From Fibrobacteria bacterium (GTDB lineage: Bacteria; Fibrobacterota; Fibrobacteria; UBA11236): 64,000 bases of DNA. Shown here in pieces: positions 29,313-39,163 of the stretch. Each line of letters opens with the position of its first letter. Within the stretch, counting starts at the first letter, position 1. The notes beneath the pieces were generated by a model. That model was not told the origin of the DNA and did not search any database. It saw only the letters and a list, made by a program, of their open reading frames with translations. Location: positions 32,001-96,000 of the forward strand of contig JAYTSD010000006.1 in the NCBI GenBank assembly GCA_043745805.1, in the 5' to 3' direction. Made by a program: the position numbers and the translations under genes.

Positions 29313-29693
29313 ATGTTGTCTCACTCATCATTCAGCGCCAAAACTTTTTGGCGCTTTTTTGTTTTAAGTTTTGCAACGGCTTTACTTTCCACGATTTACA
29401 CCGCTTGCAATAAAAAGGAATCGGCAGCGAATCCTGAAGAAGCTAAGCTATTAGCAGGGAAACGCATTTATGCAAATAATTGCACCGCTTGTCACAGCGC
29501 GGATGCTCATAAAGATGGTAGCTTAGGCCCAGCCATTGCAGGCTCTTCATTGGAGTTAGTGACGGCACGCATTACCCTAGCTAGCTATCCGGACGGCTAT
29601 AAACCCAAGCGTGATACGCATATTATGCCTAGACTTCCATTAACGGTTGAAGATATTAATAATGTGGTTGCCTTCCTAAATAGCAAGCCTTAA
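29313..29693 (+). CDS. Monoheme cytochrome c (probable lipoprotein)
   Basis: Signal peptide ending YTAC; GKRIYANNCTACH, GPAIAG, distal MP. Confidence 0.85.
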   Translation: MLSHSSFSAKTFWRFFVLSFATALLSTIYTACNKKESAANPEEAKLLAGKRIYANNCTACHSADAHKDGSLGPAIAGSSLELVTARITLASYPDGYKPKRDTHIMPRLPLTVEDINNVVAFLNSKP

Positions 29694-29717
29694 TTTTCAA
29701 GGAAACATATAGGTTAC

Positions 29718-30512
29718 ATGATTCCTTCACCACTTTTTTCTCCATTTTCATCCCCTGCGGAAAAATTCCCTTTGGCAATTTTAAAGATATTGCGGGAATT
29801 ATCGGAAATTCCTTATGAGAATTTAAGCAAAATTGTAGGCTATGCGGAATCGCAGCAAACTGAAAAGGCGGTAGATTTTCAAAACGCATGGTTACAAAAA
29901 GCGGCGGAACAGGGCTTGGGCGGCACTTGCTTTTCTCTGACCTATCATTTGCATGAACGCTTACAAGCCATTGGATTTGCATCGCAATTTATTATGGGCG
30001 ACAAAATCACGCAAAAAAATATTCACTGTGGTTTGCTCATTGATTGGGATGCAAAAAAATATTTACTCGATCCAGGCTATTTAATTTATGACCCTTTGCT
30101 TTTGCCCGAGAATGGTTTGGTGACTCAGCAATGGGTTGCGCCCAATGCCATTCGCTTGGATGATGGCGTGGACTATTGGAGGCTTTACACGGGTAAGCCA
30201 AATGAACTCAAACATCGTTTTGATTTCCGCAAACAAGCAGTGGGAGAGGCTGAATTTATTCAGCATTGGGAAAGTTCCTATGCGTTTGAAATGATGAATT
30301 ATCCGGTTTTAAATAAAGTGACCAACGGCGTGCAATACTATTTGCAAAAGCGGAATTTAATGATTCGTGATTCGGAGGGCAGTAAAATGCTCCGCTTATC
30401 CGAAGAACAATGGAAAGCGGCGGCACAAAAATATTTTGGTGTATCCGAAGCTTTGGCGCAGTCGGCTTTGGGAATTATCTTAAAGAAGAATAAAGGATTT
30501 TTTACCTCCTAA
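29718..30512 (+). CDS. Arylamine N-acetyltransferase family protein
   Basis: IPYENLS, GGTCF (Cys), IHCGL (His), YLLDPG (Asp) catalytic triad. Confidence 0.8.
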   Translation: MIPSPLFSPFSSPAEKFPLAILKILRELSEIPYENLSKIVGYAESQQTEKAVDFQNAWLQKAAEQGLGGTCFSLTYHLHERLQAIGFASQFIMGDKITQKNIHCGLLIDWDAKKYLLDPGYLIYDPLLLPENGLVTQQWVAPNAIRLDDGVDYWRLYTGKPNELKHRFDFRKQAVGEAEFIQHWESSYAFEMMNYPVLNKVTNGVQYYLQKRNLMIRDSEGSKMLRLSEEQWKAAAQKYFGVSEALAQSALGIILKKNKGFFTS

Positions 30513-30539
30513 ATTTACCTCCTAAAATGGAAGAGAAGC

Positions 30540-31196
30540 ATGGCCAATAAATTAGCTCCCAGTATTTTGAATGCCGATTTGGCCCAACTTAAAGATCAAG
30601 CGCAAGCTTTAGAAGTAGGCGGGGCCGATTGGTTGCATTTAGATATTATGGATGGACATTTTGTTCCCAATTTTACTTTTGGCCCTATTGTGGTAGAGGC
30701 TATTCGCAAGCACAGTAAAATGTTTTTGGATTGCCATTTAATGATTACTAATCCGGAAAATTATGTTGAGGCTTTTGCCAAAGCGGGAGCCAATTCCATT
30801 ACCGTACATCAAGAAGCTACGCCGCATTTAGATTCTCTCATTGCAAAAATAAAATCCTTGGGATGTCGCGCCGGAGTGAGTTTAAATCCCGGTACATCTT
30901 TGTCCACGTTGGATTGGGTTTTACCGCAATGCGATATGGTTTTACTTATGTCCGTTAATCCAGGTTTTGGCGGACAAAAATTTTTGCCTTATTCTTTTGA
31001 GAAGATTCGCGCTTTGCGTTCACGCATTGATGCATTGCAAATGCCAATTGATATCGAAGTCGATGGCGGTATTGGTTTGACAAATGCCCAAAGTGTTATC
31101 GGAGCCGGTGCTACAGCTATAGTTGTGGGTTCCGCCATTTTTGGTTCGGGAGACATTATTGGAACTTGTCAAAAAATAAAGCAACTCATCGGATAA
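30540..31196 (+). CDS. rpe: Ribulose-phosphate 3-epimerase
   Basis: APSILNAD, HLDIMDGHFVPN, DCHLMI, MSVNPGFGGQKF, EVDGGI, VGSAIF. Confidence 0.96.
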   Translation: MANKLAPSILNADLAQLKDQAQALEVGGADWLHLDIMDGHFVPNFTFGPIVVEAIRKHSKMFLDCHLMITNPENYVEAFAKAGANSITVHQEATPHLDSLIAKIKSLGCRAGVSLNPGTSLSTLDWVLPQCDMVLLMSVNPGFGGQKFLPYSFEKIRALRSRIDALQMPIDIEVDGGIGLTNAQSVIGAGATAIVVGSAIFGSGDIIGTCQKIKQLIG

Positions 31197-31234
31197 AAAC
31201 AGCGAATTTTTTTCGCTTGTAGTATAATCCCACT

Positions 31235-32707
31235 ATGAATTTTTCAGTTGAAAGCGTATTGTTGATTGGATCAATACTCATTTTGGTGAGTTTATTGATT
31301 TCCAAATTTTTTGACAATGTGGGTGTTCCTACTTTATTACTTTTCATTGCTGTAGGCATGTTGGCGGGTAGTGAAGGTCCGGGTCACATTGTTTTTCAAA
31401 ATGCCGAAGTGGCACGCGCGGTAGGCATTGTTTCCCTCATAATAATTTTGTTTTCCGGTGGAATCGGCACGCAATGGCGTGTGGTTAAGCCTGTGCTTTG
31501 GCAAGGACTAAGCTTAGCCACTTTTGGAGTAGTGGCCTCCATGACTGTTGTAGGTATTTTTGCGGTTCATTTTTTGGCGATGAGCTGGATCAATGCTTTA
31601 CTTTTAGGAGCAATCATTTCCTCTACCGATGCGGCAGCCGTATTTTCTCAGTTACGTTCCAGACAAGTTACCCTAAAAGGTGGACTTAATCCTTTATTAG
31701 AATTAGAATCGGGAAGCAATGATCCCATGGCGGTGTTTTTAACCGTTAGCTTGATTTTATTAATTCAGCATCCCGACACCTCTCCTTGGAAATTATTGCT
31801 CTTGTTTTTGCAGCAAATGGGACTGGGAGCCTTGATAGGATACGGTTTGGGTAAAGCCATGGTGTTTTTATTTAATCGTTTACGCTTTACCCATGAAGGC
31901 TTTTATTTGGTGTTTTCTTTAGCCTTTGCTTGCTTTGCTTACGCTGCCTCCGATGTGGTGCATGGCAGTGGATTTTTGGCAGTGTATTTGGTGGGCATAA
32001 TTATTGGCAATGGCCATGTGGTGCATAAAAAAAGTATGTTGCGTTTTTTCGATGGCTTAGCTTGGCTTAGTCAAATTGGAATGTTTTTAACTTTGGGCTT
32101 ATTTGTTTTCCCTTCACATTTATGGGAAGTGTTGAGTAGTAGTTTATTGGCTTCGGCGGCATTGATATTTGTGGCGCGGCCACTCAGCGTTTACTTGAGT
32201 TTGGCTTTTAGCTCCTTAGGTTGGCGAGAAAAAAGTTTAATTTCTTGGGTGGGTTTGCGTGGTGCTGTGCCGGTGATTTTAGCGACCTTTCCTTTATTAG
32301 CCAAATTACCCGAAGCAGAAAAACTTTTTAATATGATATTCTTCATTGTGTTAACGTCTACGTTACTGCAAGGGTGGAGCTTGCCTTATGTGGCAAAAAT
32401 ATTGCGTGTTACGGCACCGGTTGAAAAAAAACGTAAATACCCTATGAAATTTGCTCCTCAAGGTGGTTCCGATACCGAGTTGATGGAGTTTTTACTGCCC
32501 TTTAATGCGGCCGTAGCGGGTAAACCGGTAGTTTCACTGAATATGCCTGAAGATAGCTTATTAGCATTAATATGTAGATCGGAAAAATTTATTGTGCCCA
32601 GTGGCGGAACGATGTTGGAAGACGGCGATACTTTATTGACCTTGGTGAACACAGAAAATTTACCCAAGGTAAAAGAGATTTTTTCCAAATTAAAAGATGC
32701 GGGATAG
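31235..32707 (+). CDS. cvrA: Potassium/proton antiporter (CvrA/NhaP2 type) with TrkA-C domain
   Basis: GMLAGSEGPG, SSTDAAAVFS, LELESGSNDPMA, GSGFLAVY, WVGLRGAVPVILATFP, PSGGT.LE.GD. Confidence 0.88.
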   Translation: MNFSVESVLLIGSILILVSLLISKFFDNVGVPTLLLFIAVGMLAGSEGPGHIVFQNAEVARAVGIVSLIIILFSGGIGTQWRVVKPVLWQGLSLATFGVVASMTVVGIFAVHFLAMSWINALLLGAIISSTDAAAVFSQLRSRQVTLKGGLNPLLELESGSNDPMAVFLTVSLILLIQHPDTSPWKLLLLFLQQMGLGALIGYGLGKAMVFLFNRLRFTHEGFYLVFSLAFACFAYAASDVVHGSGFLAVYLVGIIIGNGHVVHKKSMLRFFDGLAWLSQIGMFLTLGLFVFPSHLWEVLSSSLLASAALIFVARPLSVYLSLAFSSLGWREKSLISWVGLRGAVPVILATFPLLAKLPEAEKLFNMIFFIVLTSTLLQGWSLPYVAKILRVTAPVEKKRKYPMKFAPQGGSDTELMEFLLPFNAAVAGKPVVSLNMPEDSLLALICRSEKFIVPSGGTMLEDGDTLLTLVNTENLPKVKEIFSKLKDAG

Positions 32708-32797
32708 TCATTTTCGCAATAAGTTTTAACTTTCCGAATATAGAGTGAAATTGCTTTGTGTATAAAAGGTTATACCCTAAATTTTAAAGGACAATTC

Positions 32798-33625
32798 ATG
32801 CGAATCCTGCTACTTACCTTTTCTTTTTTATTATTGCATTGCGCTTTTTTGCCTAAGCCAGAAATTCAATATCCAGCAAAATTCAATGGCCCCTTAGGTT
32901 ATAAAAGTGAAACAGAAAATTTTGTCGCCTACTATTCAGGTGGGAAAATCGATAGTCTCTTGTCCTTGCAAACCATGGACAGCTTGCAACTTCATGCCGA
33001 TTATGAAAGAGGAAAACTAAAAGGCGATCTTATTTTCCAATTTAAAAATGGCGATAAACGATTAACGCATTTTAACAAAATAGGTGAAAAAGATTGGCCC
33101 GAAGAAAGTTGTATAGATAGCACGGGTAAGTCTTTGGAAAAGGTTAAAGAGGAAACCATAAACGAAAAGTCATTCCGTAAAAAATTCAACTATCTGTATA
33201 GTATGCAAACCGTTTCGGAAATAAAAAATAAATCAAAAGAAGGCTGGGAATTAGTCATTGCCCGCAATGGAGATACTTTATGCCGTGAAGAATTTAAAAA
33301 TGGCAAGAAAAAATCCAAAACCGATAGAGGATGTTACCGAGGAATCGAAGAAGTTAATCAAGTCATAAATGAAGGTAAAAAAGCATTAAATGCTTATTAT
33401 GAAAAATTCACATGGGAAAAGAAATTTAATGCCAAGTTAACCTTGCAGTTACTGGTCAATAAAGAAGGTAAAGTGGAAATCATTTATCCCAAAGCATTGT
33501 TTTGTAAAAATGAAATTTTTATTATCGAAGTTTTAAATAAGGTTTCGCAATGGGAGTTTAGAGCGGTGAAATATCCTGCACCACAATACCTTACTTTGCC
33601 TTTGGTATTTCACCAGGAAAAATAA
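32798..33625 (+). CDS. Hypothetical lipoprotein with C-terminal TonB-C/AgmX-like domain
   Basis: LLLHC lipobox-like signal; C-terminus KLTLQLLVNKEGKV...VLNKVSQWEF...LTLPLVF. Confidence 0.55.
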   Translation: MRILLLTFSFLLLHCAFLPKPEIQYPAKFNGPLGYKSETENFVAYYSGGKIDSLLSLQTMDSLQLHADYERGKLKGDLIFQFKNGDKRLTHFNKIGEKDWPEESCIDSTGKSLEKVKEETINEKSFRKKFNYLYSMQTVSEIKNKSKEGWELVIARNGDTLCREEFKNGKKKSKTDRGCYRGIEEVNQVINEGKKALNAYYEKFTWEKKFNAKLTLQLLVNKEGKVEIIYPKALFCKNEIFIIEVLNKVSQWEFRAVKYPAPQYLTLPLVFHQEK

Positions 33626-33803
33626 ATACTCATCAAATAATGATGGTGAGATTTAAAAATTTTCCATCCAGATTAAACATTATTGCATCTGTTTGGCCAT
33701 CTCTTCTTCGTCGCCGTCTGGGATGTGCCATGAGTTGAATTTAAAATATTGTCACATATAAATAAATGTGGCTAATAGCCCTCCCGCAAATAAATTTTTT
33801 TTA

Positions 33804-34439
33804 TTAAAAAGGGGTTTTCCGCATCCAAATTTCCCATTCTCTATCCACAAAATCCCATTCTGGATTTTGGTTTATATCACGAAGATTTTTCAATAACTCA
33901 ATAAAATCATTGTAATAAATAGCCGGAAATTCAAAGTAGGTTAAAAAGTCGACGCCGTGATTTTTTTCTAGGTAACGTGAATGATACAGTTTACGAAATA
34001 TTTTTGAAGCGAAGGGGAGGCCAATAGCAATATGCCCTATTGCTTTAGCGGAGGGCTTTAAATAGGTTAATCGCTCATCCGAAGCCATTGCCCACCAAGC
34101 TGAATTTTTACGAATGGGAATGAGTACCGCATAAGTTTCACTGCTCGATGGATATTCAGGCGTTGAAAGCGATAAAAGTTCTTCCCGTTTGGGTTGGTCG
34201 GTATATTGCAAATGTTGTGCGCAGCCAATGAGATAGGGGCAATCTATTTTTAATTCCGAAGGTAAAAGTGCGCTTGGGGTTTCTAAACGATAAATGTTGC
34301 TTTGGGGATGGGGATAATATTCGGGCTCGCCTTTAATGGAAGATATACTTTCAAAGCGACAAACACTTAGGCGCATGCCCTCTGGTAAATTACTTTGTAA
34401 AGCAAGAGGAAGTTTTTCAAAGAAAAAATAAGTCCACAT
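33804..34439 (-). CDS. cld: Short (clade 2-like) chlorite dismutase
   Basis: LIPIRKNSAWW..ASDER, proximal His GHIAIG, distal Arg IFRKLYHSR, DFLTYFEF, PEWDFVDRE. Confidence 0.75.
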   Translation of the reverse strand: MWTYFFFEKLPLALQSNLPEGMRLSVCRFESISSIKGEPEYYPHPQSNIYRLETPSALLPSELKIDCPYLIGCAQHLQYTDQPKREELLSLSTPEYPSSSETYAVLIPIRKNSAWWAMASDERLTYLKPSAKAIGHIAIGLPFASKIFRKLYHSRYLEKNHGVDFLTYFEFPAIYYNDFIELLKNLRDINQNPEWDFVDREWEIWMRKTPF

Positions 34440-34508
34440 AATTTATTCTCGCAAAAAAAGATTCACTATTTTTTATAAGGTAAAAATTTTCCATTCAAAG
34501 TGAGTTGT

Positions 34509-34539
34509 ACTCTATCCCCTTTGGGATCGGAGATAGAGC
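34509..34539 (-). terminator. 10-bp stem hairpin downstream of the porin gene; no U-tract (weak terminator or stabiliser)
   Basis: Minus strand CTCTATCTCC-N9-GGGGATAGAG. Confidence 0.35.
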
Positions 34540-34550
34540 ATGTTCCTTAT

Positions 34551-35879
34551 TTAGAAATTGAATGTCGGCATAAAGTATAGGAACCAACCGGGTTGACTTG
34601 AAAAAGCCTTATTGGTTATCTTAGCTGCCGGAAGCGCTTTAGCCATATCTCCAGGTAGGAATACGGCTGCACCTAAAACAATATTGGATTTGGGATAAAG
34701 ACCAACATGTAACTCTAAGTTAAATTCCTGACCGTATGGATCGTCAAGCCCAGTTGGGGCCGCTTGTGGAGTGAAATAATGATATTGCGGTTTAATCGTA
34801 ACTCGTGGATTACCTGTAGCATTGGGGAAAAGAGCAATGTCAGCATCCAAACGATAGTCAATCACACCGTATTTAGGATTGGTTATAAAATAATCCATCC
34901 AACCATAATAAGCGTGTGCGAAATAATAATTAGCTCTATACGATTTCAGGTCGGAATCGGTTGAGTCATCATCACCACTCATCATATCAACGCCAGCATT
35001 TACTTTGATAGGTCCATTAGCATAACCAATGCGTGTGGCTAATTGAAAAGCAGCGCTGCTTAAATTGTTGTTTTTAACATAGAGTTCGCCACCTTGCCAA
35101 ATAAACTCTTCTTCAAAAGTAATCACACTTACTTTCCCTGCTACACGTTCCCCATAATATTGTAAATCATAATTACTGGAAGTTACACCTGCATAGGTTG
35201 TTCCTAAGCGTGATTGGTCGTAAAATCCATAGACATCACCGGTAATGTCAGGTGTGATTTGATGAGTATAATAAAGACCACTTAAGAGCAATCTATCTTT
35301 GGTTATCACAGCGCTAGTATCTTTTACCAAATATGCAACACCTGTTAAGTTACCTGGGTCCAAATTCAAATTAAAAGATAAACCATCAAATGCTCGGGAG
35401 GTTGGGCTCCATTCTAGTGTGCTTAAGAAGCGACCTGCACCTAAAGACATTTTTTGGCGACCCATAACGGTTTTGAAAATACCTTCTTCAATTGAGAAAT
35501 AACCTTGTAATAAATCCACGCCTTTAGCATTACCAGTAGAGGCTGTGGCTGGGTTCGCAGCAGATGCTGCGGGAGTGGGCTCACTTCCGAAGTTACGTAC
35601 ATCTTGCATTTCCACTTTAACTTCGGTATTCATCGAAGGTGAAGCCAAAAAGCCTATACGCGAACGCATTTGAGTGCTTAAAAAAGGTTTATTAGGGAGA
35701 GTATCTCTTACATCCTTACTATCATATTCCGTACGTAAACGCACTTGACCATAGAAAGGCGGTTGAGGGGTATTATAAGGCGATTCAACGGGAGGCGCTG
35801 CCTGTAAAGTGAAGGTAGCAAGTAGTAACGCCGAAGCTACCTTTCCACAATGAGAAAAATTTTGAAAATAGCTTTTCAT
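34551..35879 (-). CDS. Alginate-export-family outer-membrane porin (probable nitrate/nitrite uptake)
   Basis: Signal peptide, GQVRLRTEY, QDVRNFG, GRQKM...WSPTSRAFDG, HAYYGWMDYF, terminal Phe; last gene of the nrt run. Confidence 0.75.
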   Translation of the reverse strand: MKSYFQNFSHCGKVASALLLATFTLQAAPPVESPYNTPQPPFYGQVRLRTEYDSKDVRDTLPNKPFLSTQMRSRIGFLASPSMNTEVKVEMQDVRNFGSEPTPAASAANPATASTGNAKGVDLLQGYFSIEEGIFKTVMGRQKMSLGAGRFLSTLEWSPTSRAFDGLSFNLNLDPGNLTGVAYLVKDTSAVITKDRLLLSGLYYTHQITPDITGDVYGFYDQSRLGTTYAGVTSSNYDLQYYGERVAGKVSVITFEEEFIWQGGELYVKNNNLSSAAFQLATRIGYANGPIKVNAGVDMMSGDDDSTDSDLKSYRANYYFAHAYYGWMDYFITNPKYGVIDYRLDADIALFPNATGNPRVTIKPQYHYFTPQAAPTGLDDPYGQEFNLELHVGLYPKSNIVLGAAVFLPGDMAKALPAAKITNKAFSSQPGWFLYFMPTFNF

Positions 35880-35988
35880 GGCAAATCCTTTGCTGTGGGG
35901 CTTTCCCCGGTGTGTGTATTCTAAATGTTAACTATGGCCACTGCTTTGTGTGCCTGGTATTTTATGACAGTTTTATATGTCCCTAAAA

Positions 35989-36801
35989 CTATGCTGCTTG
36001 ATGCAAATGCGTGCTGATTAAGTAATGCAGGAGCTCCTTTCTTAAGCGTAGATAATCCGGACTTTCCATTACGCTTTCACGTGTACGTGGTCTTGGGATA
36101 TTTACATCCACAATTTCTGCTATGCGTGCTTTAGGCCCATTCGACATTAATACAATGCGGTCGGATAGAAAAACGGCTTCATCGACATCATGTGTGATCA
36201 TAATCACAGTTTTTTTGTTTTTTTCCCAAATAGCGGTTAATTCATCTTGCATAAATCCACGCGTTAAAGCATCGAGCGCGCCGAAGGGTTCATCCAAAAG
36301 CATCACCATGGGATCCGCCGCAAAGGCGCGTGCCAAGCCTACGCGCTGTTTCATACCGCCCGAAAGCTCTCCCGGTTTTTTTTGCGCATGGCCAGAAAGA
36401 TGCACCATATCCACATACTTGCGGGTTTCCTCTAGGCGGAAGGCGCGGTTTTTATCCGCATGCACACTATCCACGGAGGTTTTAACATTATCAAAAACAG
36501 TTAACCAAGGTAAAAGAGAATGAGATTGAAATACCACAGCTCTATCTAAGCCGGGACCCGTAACTTGCTTGTCATTTACGAGAACGGCTCCAGCGCTGGG
36601 CATAGAAAGGCCGGCTACCAAATTAAGCAAAGTACTTTTTCCACATCCTGAATGGCCGATGATGCTGATAAATTCGCCCTTAGCTATTTCCAAATTCACA
36701 TCTTCTAAGGCGTAGTAACGTGAAGCACCGCTTCCGAACCATTGGTGTACGCCTTGCAGGTGTACAAATTTTTGTTCTTTTTCCGAATTAATATTTTCCA
36801 T
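35989..36801 (-). CDS. nrtD: Nitrate ABC transporter ATP-binding subunit (NrtC/NrtD type)
   Basis: GHSGCGKST, VVFQSHSLLPWL, LSGGMKQRVG, LLDEPFGALDALTR, THDVDEA, MSNGP. Confidence 0.88.
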   Translation of the reverse strand: MENINSEKEQKFVHLQGVHQWFGSGASRYYALEDVNLEIAKGEFISIIGHSGCGKSTLLNLVAGLSMPSAGAVLVNDKQVTGPGLDRAVVFQSHSLLPWLTVFDNVKTSVDSVHADKNRAFRLEETRKYVDMVHLSGHAQKKPGELSGGMKQRVGLARAFAADPMVMLLDEPFGALDALTRGFMQDELTAIWEKNKKTVIMITHDVDEAVFLSDRIVLMSNGPKARIAEIVDVNIPRPRTRESVMESPDYLRLRKELLHYLISTHLHQAA

Positions 36802-36809
36802 ATAATCTC

Positions 36810-37715
36810 CTACGCACTCATCTCAGTACCGAATAAACGAGCAATTCCCGCCATCAAACGATCAAGTGTTAGTCCAACCAGACCAACATATACCACCGAC
36901 ACTATAATATCGCTGAGGCGGGAACTATTCCAAGAATCCCAAATGAAAAATCCAATACCCACACCACCGGTTAACATTTCGGCAGCCACAATAGCGAGCC
37001 AAGCCATACCAATAGCGATGCGCAAGCCGGTGAATATATAAGGCGCAGCCGCAGGGAGAAGGATTTTGAAAAAATAACGAGTGCCTCGGATATTATAAAC
37101 CTTAGCTACATTGTCAAAGTCTTTAGGAATGCGACGTACACCCACCGAAGTATTGATTAATATGGGCCACACTGCGGTTATGAATATCACAAATATGGAA
37201 GAAGGGTTTGCTTGATTAAATATGGCTAAAGAAATAGGCAACCATGCCAATGGGGGTATCGTGCGTAATACTTGGAAAAAAGGATCGAAAGCCTTATAAG
37301 CCATGACTGATTTTCCTAAAATAATTCCAACAATTATGCCTACAAATGCGGCCAAGGAATAACCAATACCCACGCGGGCCAAAGAAGAAAGTAATTGCCA
37401 GCCCAAACCTTTATCATTGGCGCCATTATCAAAAAACGGATGGGCTATATAACCCCAACTTTCGCGAATAGTTTTAACCGGACCGGGTAAGGTTACCCCC
37501 TGGCTTTGGCTATAAATTTCCCAGAACAAACCAATAAAAAATAAAGCGACAAGAGGAAGAATGATGGTTTGCGCCTTTTCACGACGACGCAAGGTTTTTT
37601 CGTCTTCTTCTTTTTCTGCGACACTCTCAAAACCCACATTACTGGAGGATGGCATCGAAGAGGTTCGCTTCGATGTTTCAGAGACTAATTTTGTATCAGA
37701 TGAATTGAGTAACAT
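36810..37715 (-). CDS. nrtB: Nitrate ABC transporter permease
   Basis: PFFDNGANDKGLGWQ, QVLRTIPPLAWLP, GLRIAIGMAWLAIVAAEMLTGGVGIGFFIWDSWN. Confidence 0.9.
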   Translation of the reverse strand: MLLNSSDTKLVSETSKRTSSMPSSSNVGFESVAEKEEDEKTLRRREKAQTIILPLVALFFIGLFWEIYSQSQGVTLPGPVKTIRESWGYIAHPFFDNGANDKGLGWQLLSSLARVGIGYSLAAFVGIIVGIILGKSVMAYKAFDPFFQVLRTIPPLAWLPISLAIFNQANPSSIFVIFITAVWPILINTSVGVRRIPKDFDNVAKVYNIRGTRYFFKILLPAAAPYIFTGLRIAIGMAWLAIVAAEMLTGGVGIGFFIWDSWNSSRLSDIIVSVVYVGLVGLTLDRLMAGIARLFGTEMSA

Positions 37716-37732
37716 ATAGCTAACAGTCCTTT

Positions 37733-39043
37733 TTATTTTTTCGCGCCAGTTTTTTTGCCATCAATATTTTTAATTTTTAATTTGGCTAAGTAAGCTTCTG
37801 GATCCTTTGGATCAAAGGTGACACCATCAAAGAAGGTTTCGATACCGCGTGAATCGGATTCGGGAATCATGGCGCTTTGACCAATTTCTTTAGCGCATTC
37901 TTTCCAAATATCGGAGCGATTAACGGCATTCACAACCTTATCATAATCTACGCCATTAGGTAAAAATCCCCAGCGACGGGTTTCCGCTAAAAACCATTTA
38001 TCATGACTCTTGTAAGGAAAGGAAGCATGATCCATCCAATACTTCATGAATTCACCGGTCTTTTTAGGACGGCCATCGCCATAGTCAGTAATTCCTTTGT
38101 TACGGGGTAACAAATCTTCTATATTGCAATTAATCCAATTTTTTTGCGCTAAAATTCTGGACATTTCTTCTTTGTTTTCTGGCTTATCACACCAGATTTG
38201 CGCTTCCATAATGGCCTTCACTATAGCTTTGGTGGCAATGGGATGCGCATCCACCCAATCTTTACGCATGGTGAAAGATTTTTCTGGATGATCTTTCCAA
38301 ATCTCTTGGGTTTGTAAAGCGGTAAATCCAATTTTTTGATTAATTAATTGTTGATTCCAAGGTTCACCTACACAGAAGGCATCCATATTACCTACGCGCA
38401 TATTCGCTACCATTTGTGGAGGTGGAATTACAATAGTGGATACATCCAGATCAGGATCAATACCTGCGGCGGCTAACCAATAACGCACCCAATAATTATG
38501 GGTTCCCGTAGGAAAAGTCATGGCAATTTTAAGTGGTACTTTTTTCTTTTTGCCATTCTCAACATAAGGCTTAAGCGGCGAAGCATCTTTGGTGATCTTT
38601 AAATCCATGTACTTGGAAGCGACGGAGATAGCTTGATTATTATAATTCAAACGACATAATATATACATGGGAATGGGAACATTACCCTTGGTGATCAAGC
38701 CCAAGCTCATGGAATAGGGCATGGGGGTTAAAATATGTGCGCCATCAATGCCACCATTGCCAGAACCCAATTCTAAATTGTCACGCGTAGCACCCCACGA
38801 CGCTTGTTTTAAAACTTCCACATCGGGCATGCCATATTTAGCAAAAAGTTTTTTTTCTTTAGCTATGGCGAGTGGTGCAAAATCGGTAAGCGCGATATAC
38901 CCTAATTTAGCTTTAGTGGTTTCGGGCGTTTGAGCAACAACGGAGGTTGACAAAGAGGTTAATATTACCGTTACCCCTAATAAGGTTTTTAAAAAAGATT
39001 TAGACGGATAAATATATCGAGGTGTTTTTTTCCATAAAGACAT
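37733..39043 (-). CDS. nrtA: Nitrate ABC transporter substrate-binding protein (NrtA/CmpA family)
   Basis: Signal peptide; KLGYIALTD, QASWGATRDNL, TFPTGTH, IPPPQMVANM, CVGEPWNQ, HPEK, ETFFDG. Confidence 0.9.
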   Translation of the reverse strand: MSLWKKTPRYIYPSKSFLKTLLGVTVILTSLSTSVVAQTPETTKAKLGYIALTDFAPLAIAKEKKLFAKYGMPDVEVLKQASWGATRDNLELGSGNGGIDGAHILTPMPYSMSLGLITKGNVPIPMYILCRLNYNNQAISVASKYMDLKITKDASPLKPYVENGKKKKVPLKIAMTFPTGTHNYWVRYWLAAAGIDPDLDVSTIVIPPPQMVANMRVGNMDAFCVGEPWNQQLINQKIGFTALQTQEIWKDHPEKSFTMRKDWVDAHPIATKAIVKAIMEAQIWCDKPENKEEMSRILAQKNWINCNIEDLLPRNKGITDYGDGRPKKTGEFMKYWMDHASFPYKSHDKWFLAETRRWGFLPNGVDYDKVVNAVNRSDIWKECAKEIGQSAMIPESDSRGIETFFDGVTFDPKDPEAYLAKLKIKNIDGKKTGAKK

Positions 39044-39084
39044 TTGGCATACTCCTGCTCAGACTTAAAAGATGGCATGTACGA

Positions 39085-39115
39085 CCAAAAGCCCGGACGG
39101 ACCGGAATCAGTTGG
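39085..39115 (-). ncRNA. Conserved 31-nt leader hairpin, copy in nrtA 5' UTR (putative cis-regulatory RNA)
   Basis: CCAACTGATTCCGGTCCGTCCGGGCTTTTGG, 28/31 identical to 46469-46499. Confidence 0.55.
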
Positions 39116-39147
39116 AAAGCGCTCAATTGTGAGCTATCCATGGTTAA

Positions 39148-39163
39148 AGCAAGCGATGTGCCA
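39148..39163 (-). promoter_or_regulatory. Sigma-54 -24/-12 promoter of the nrtABC operon
   Basis: TGGCAC-ATCGC-TTGCT matches consensus TGGCAC-N5-TTGC. Confidence 0.8.

Noticed and set aside
33680-33803. Short minus-strand coding-like stretch (KKNLFAGGLLATFIYM*QYFKFNSWHIPDGDEEEMAKQMQ) after cld
   Set aside because: No start codon or RBS, interrupted by a stop and only ~40 codons; could be a gene remnant but cannot be supported
39085-39115. Known glutamine (glnA) riboswitch or canonical ANTAR site
   Set aside because: By eye it lacks the glnA-motif junction sequences and the paired A1/G4 hexaloop hairpins; an Rfam search is needed to be certain
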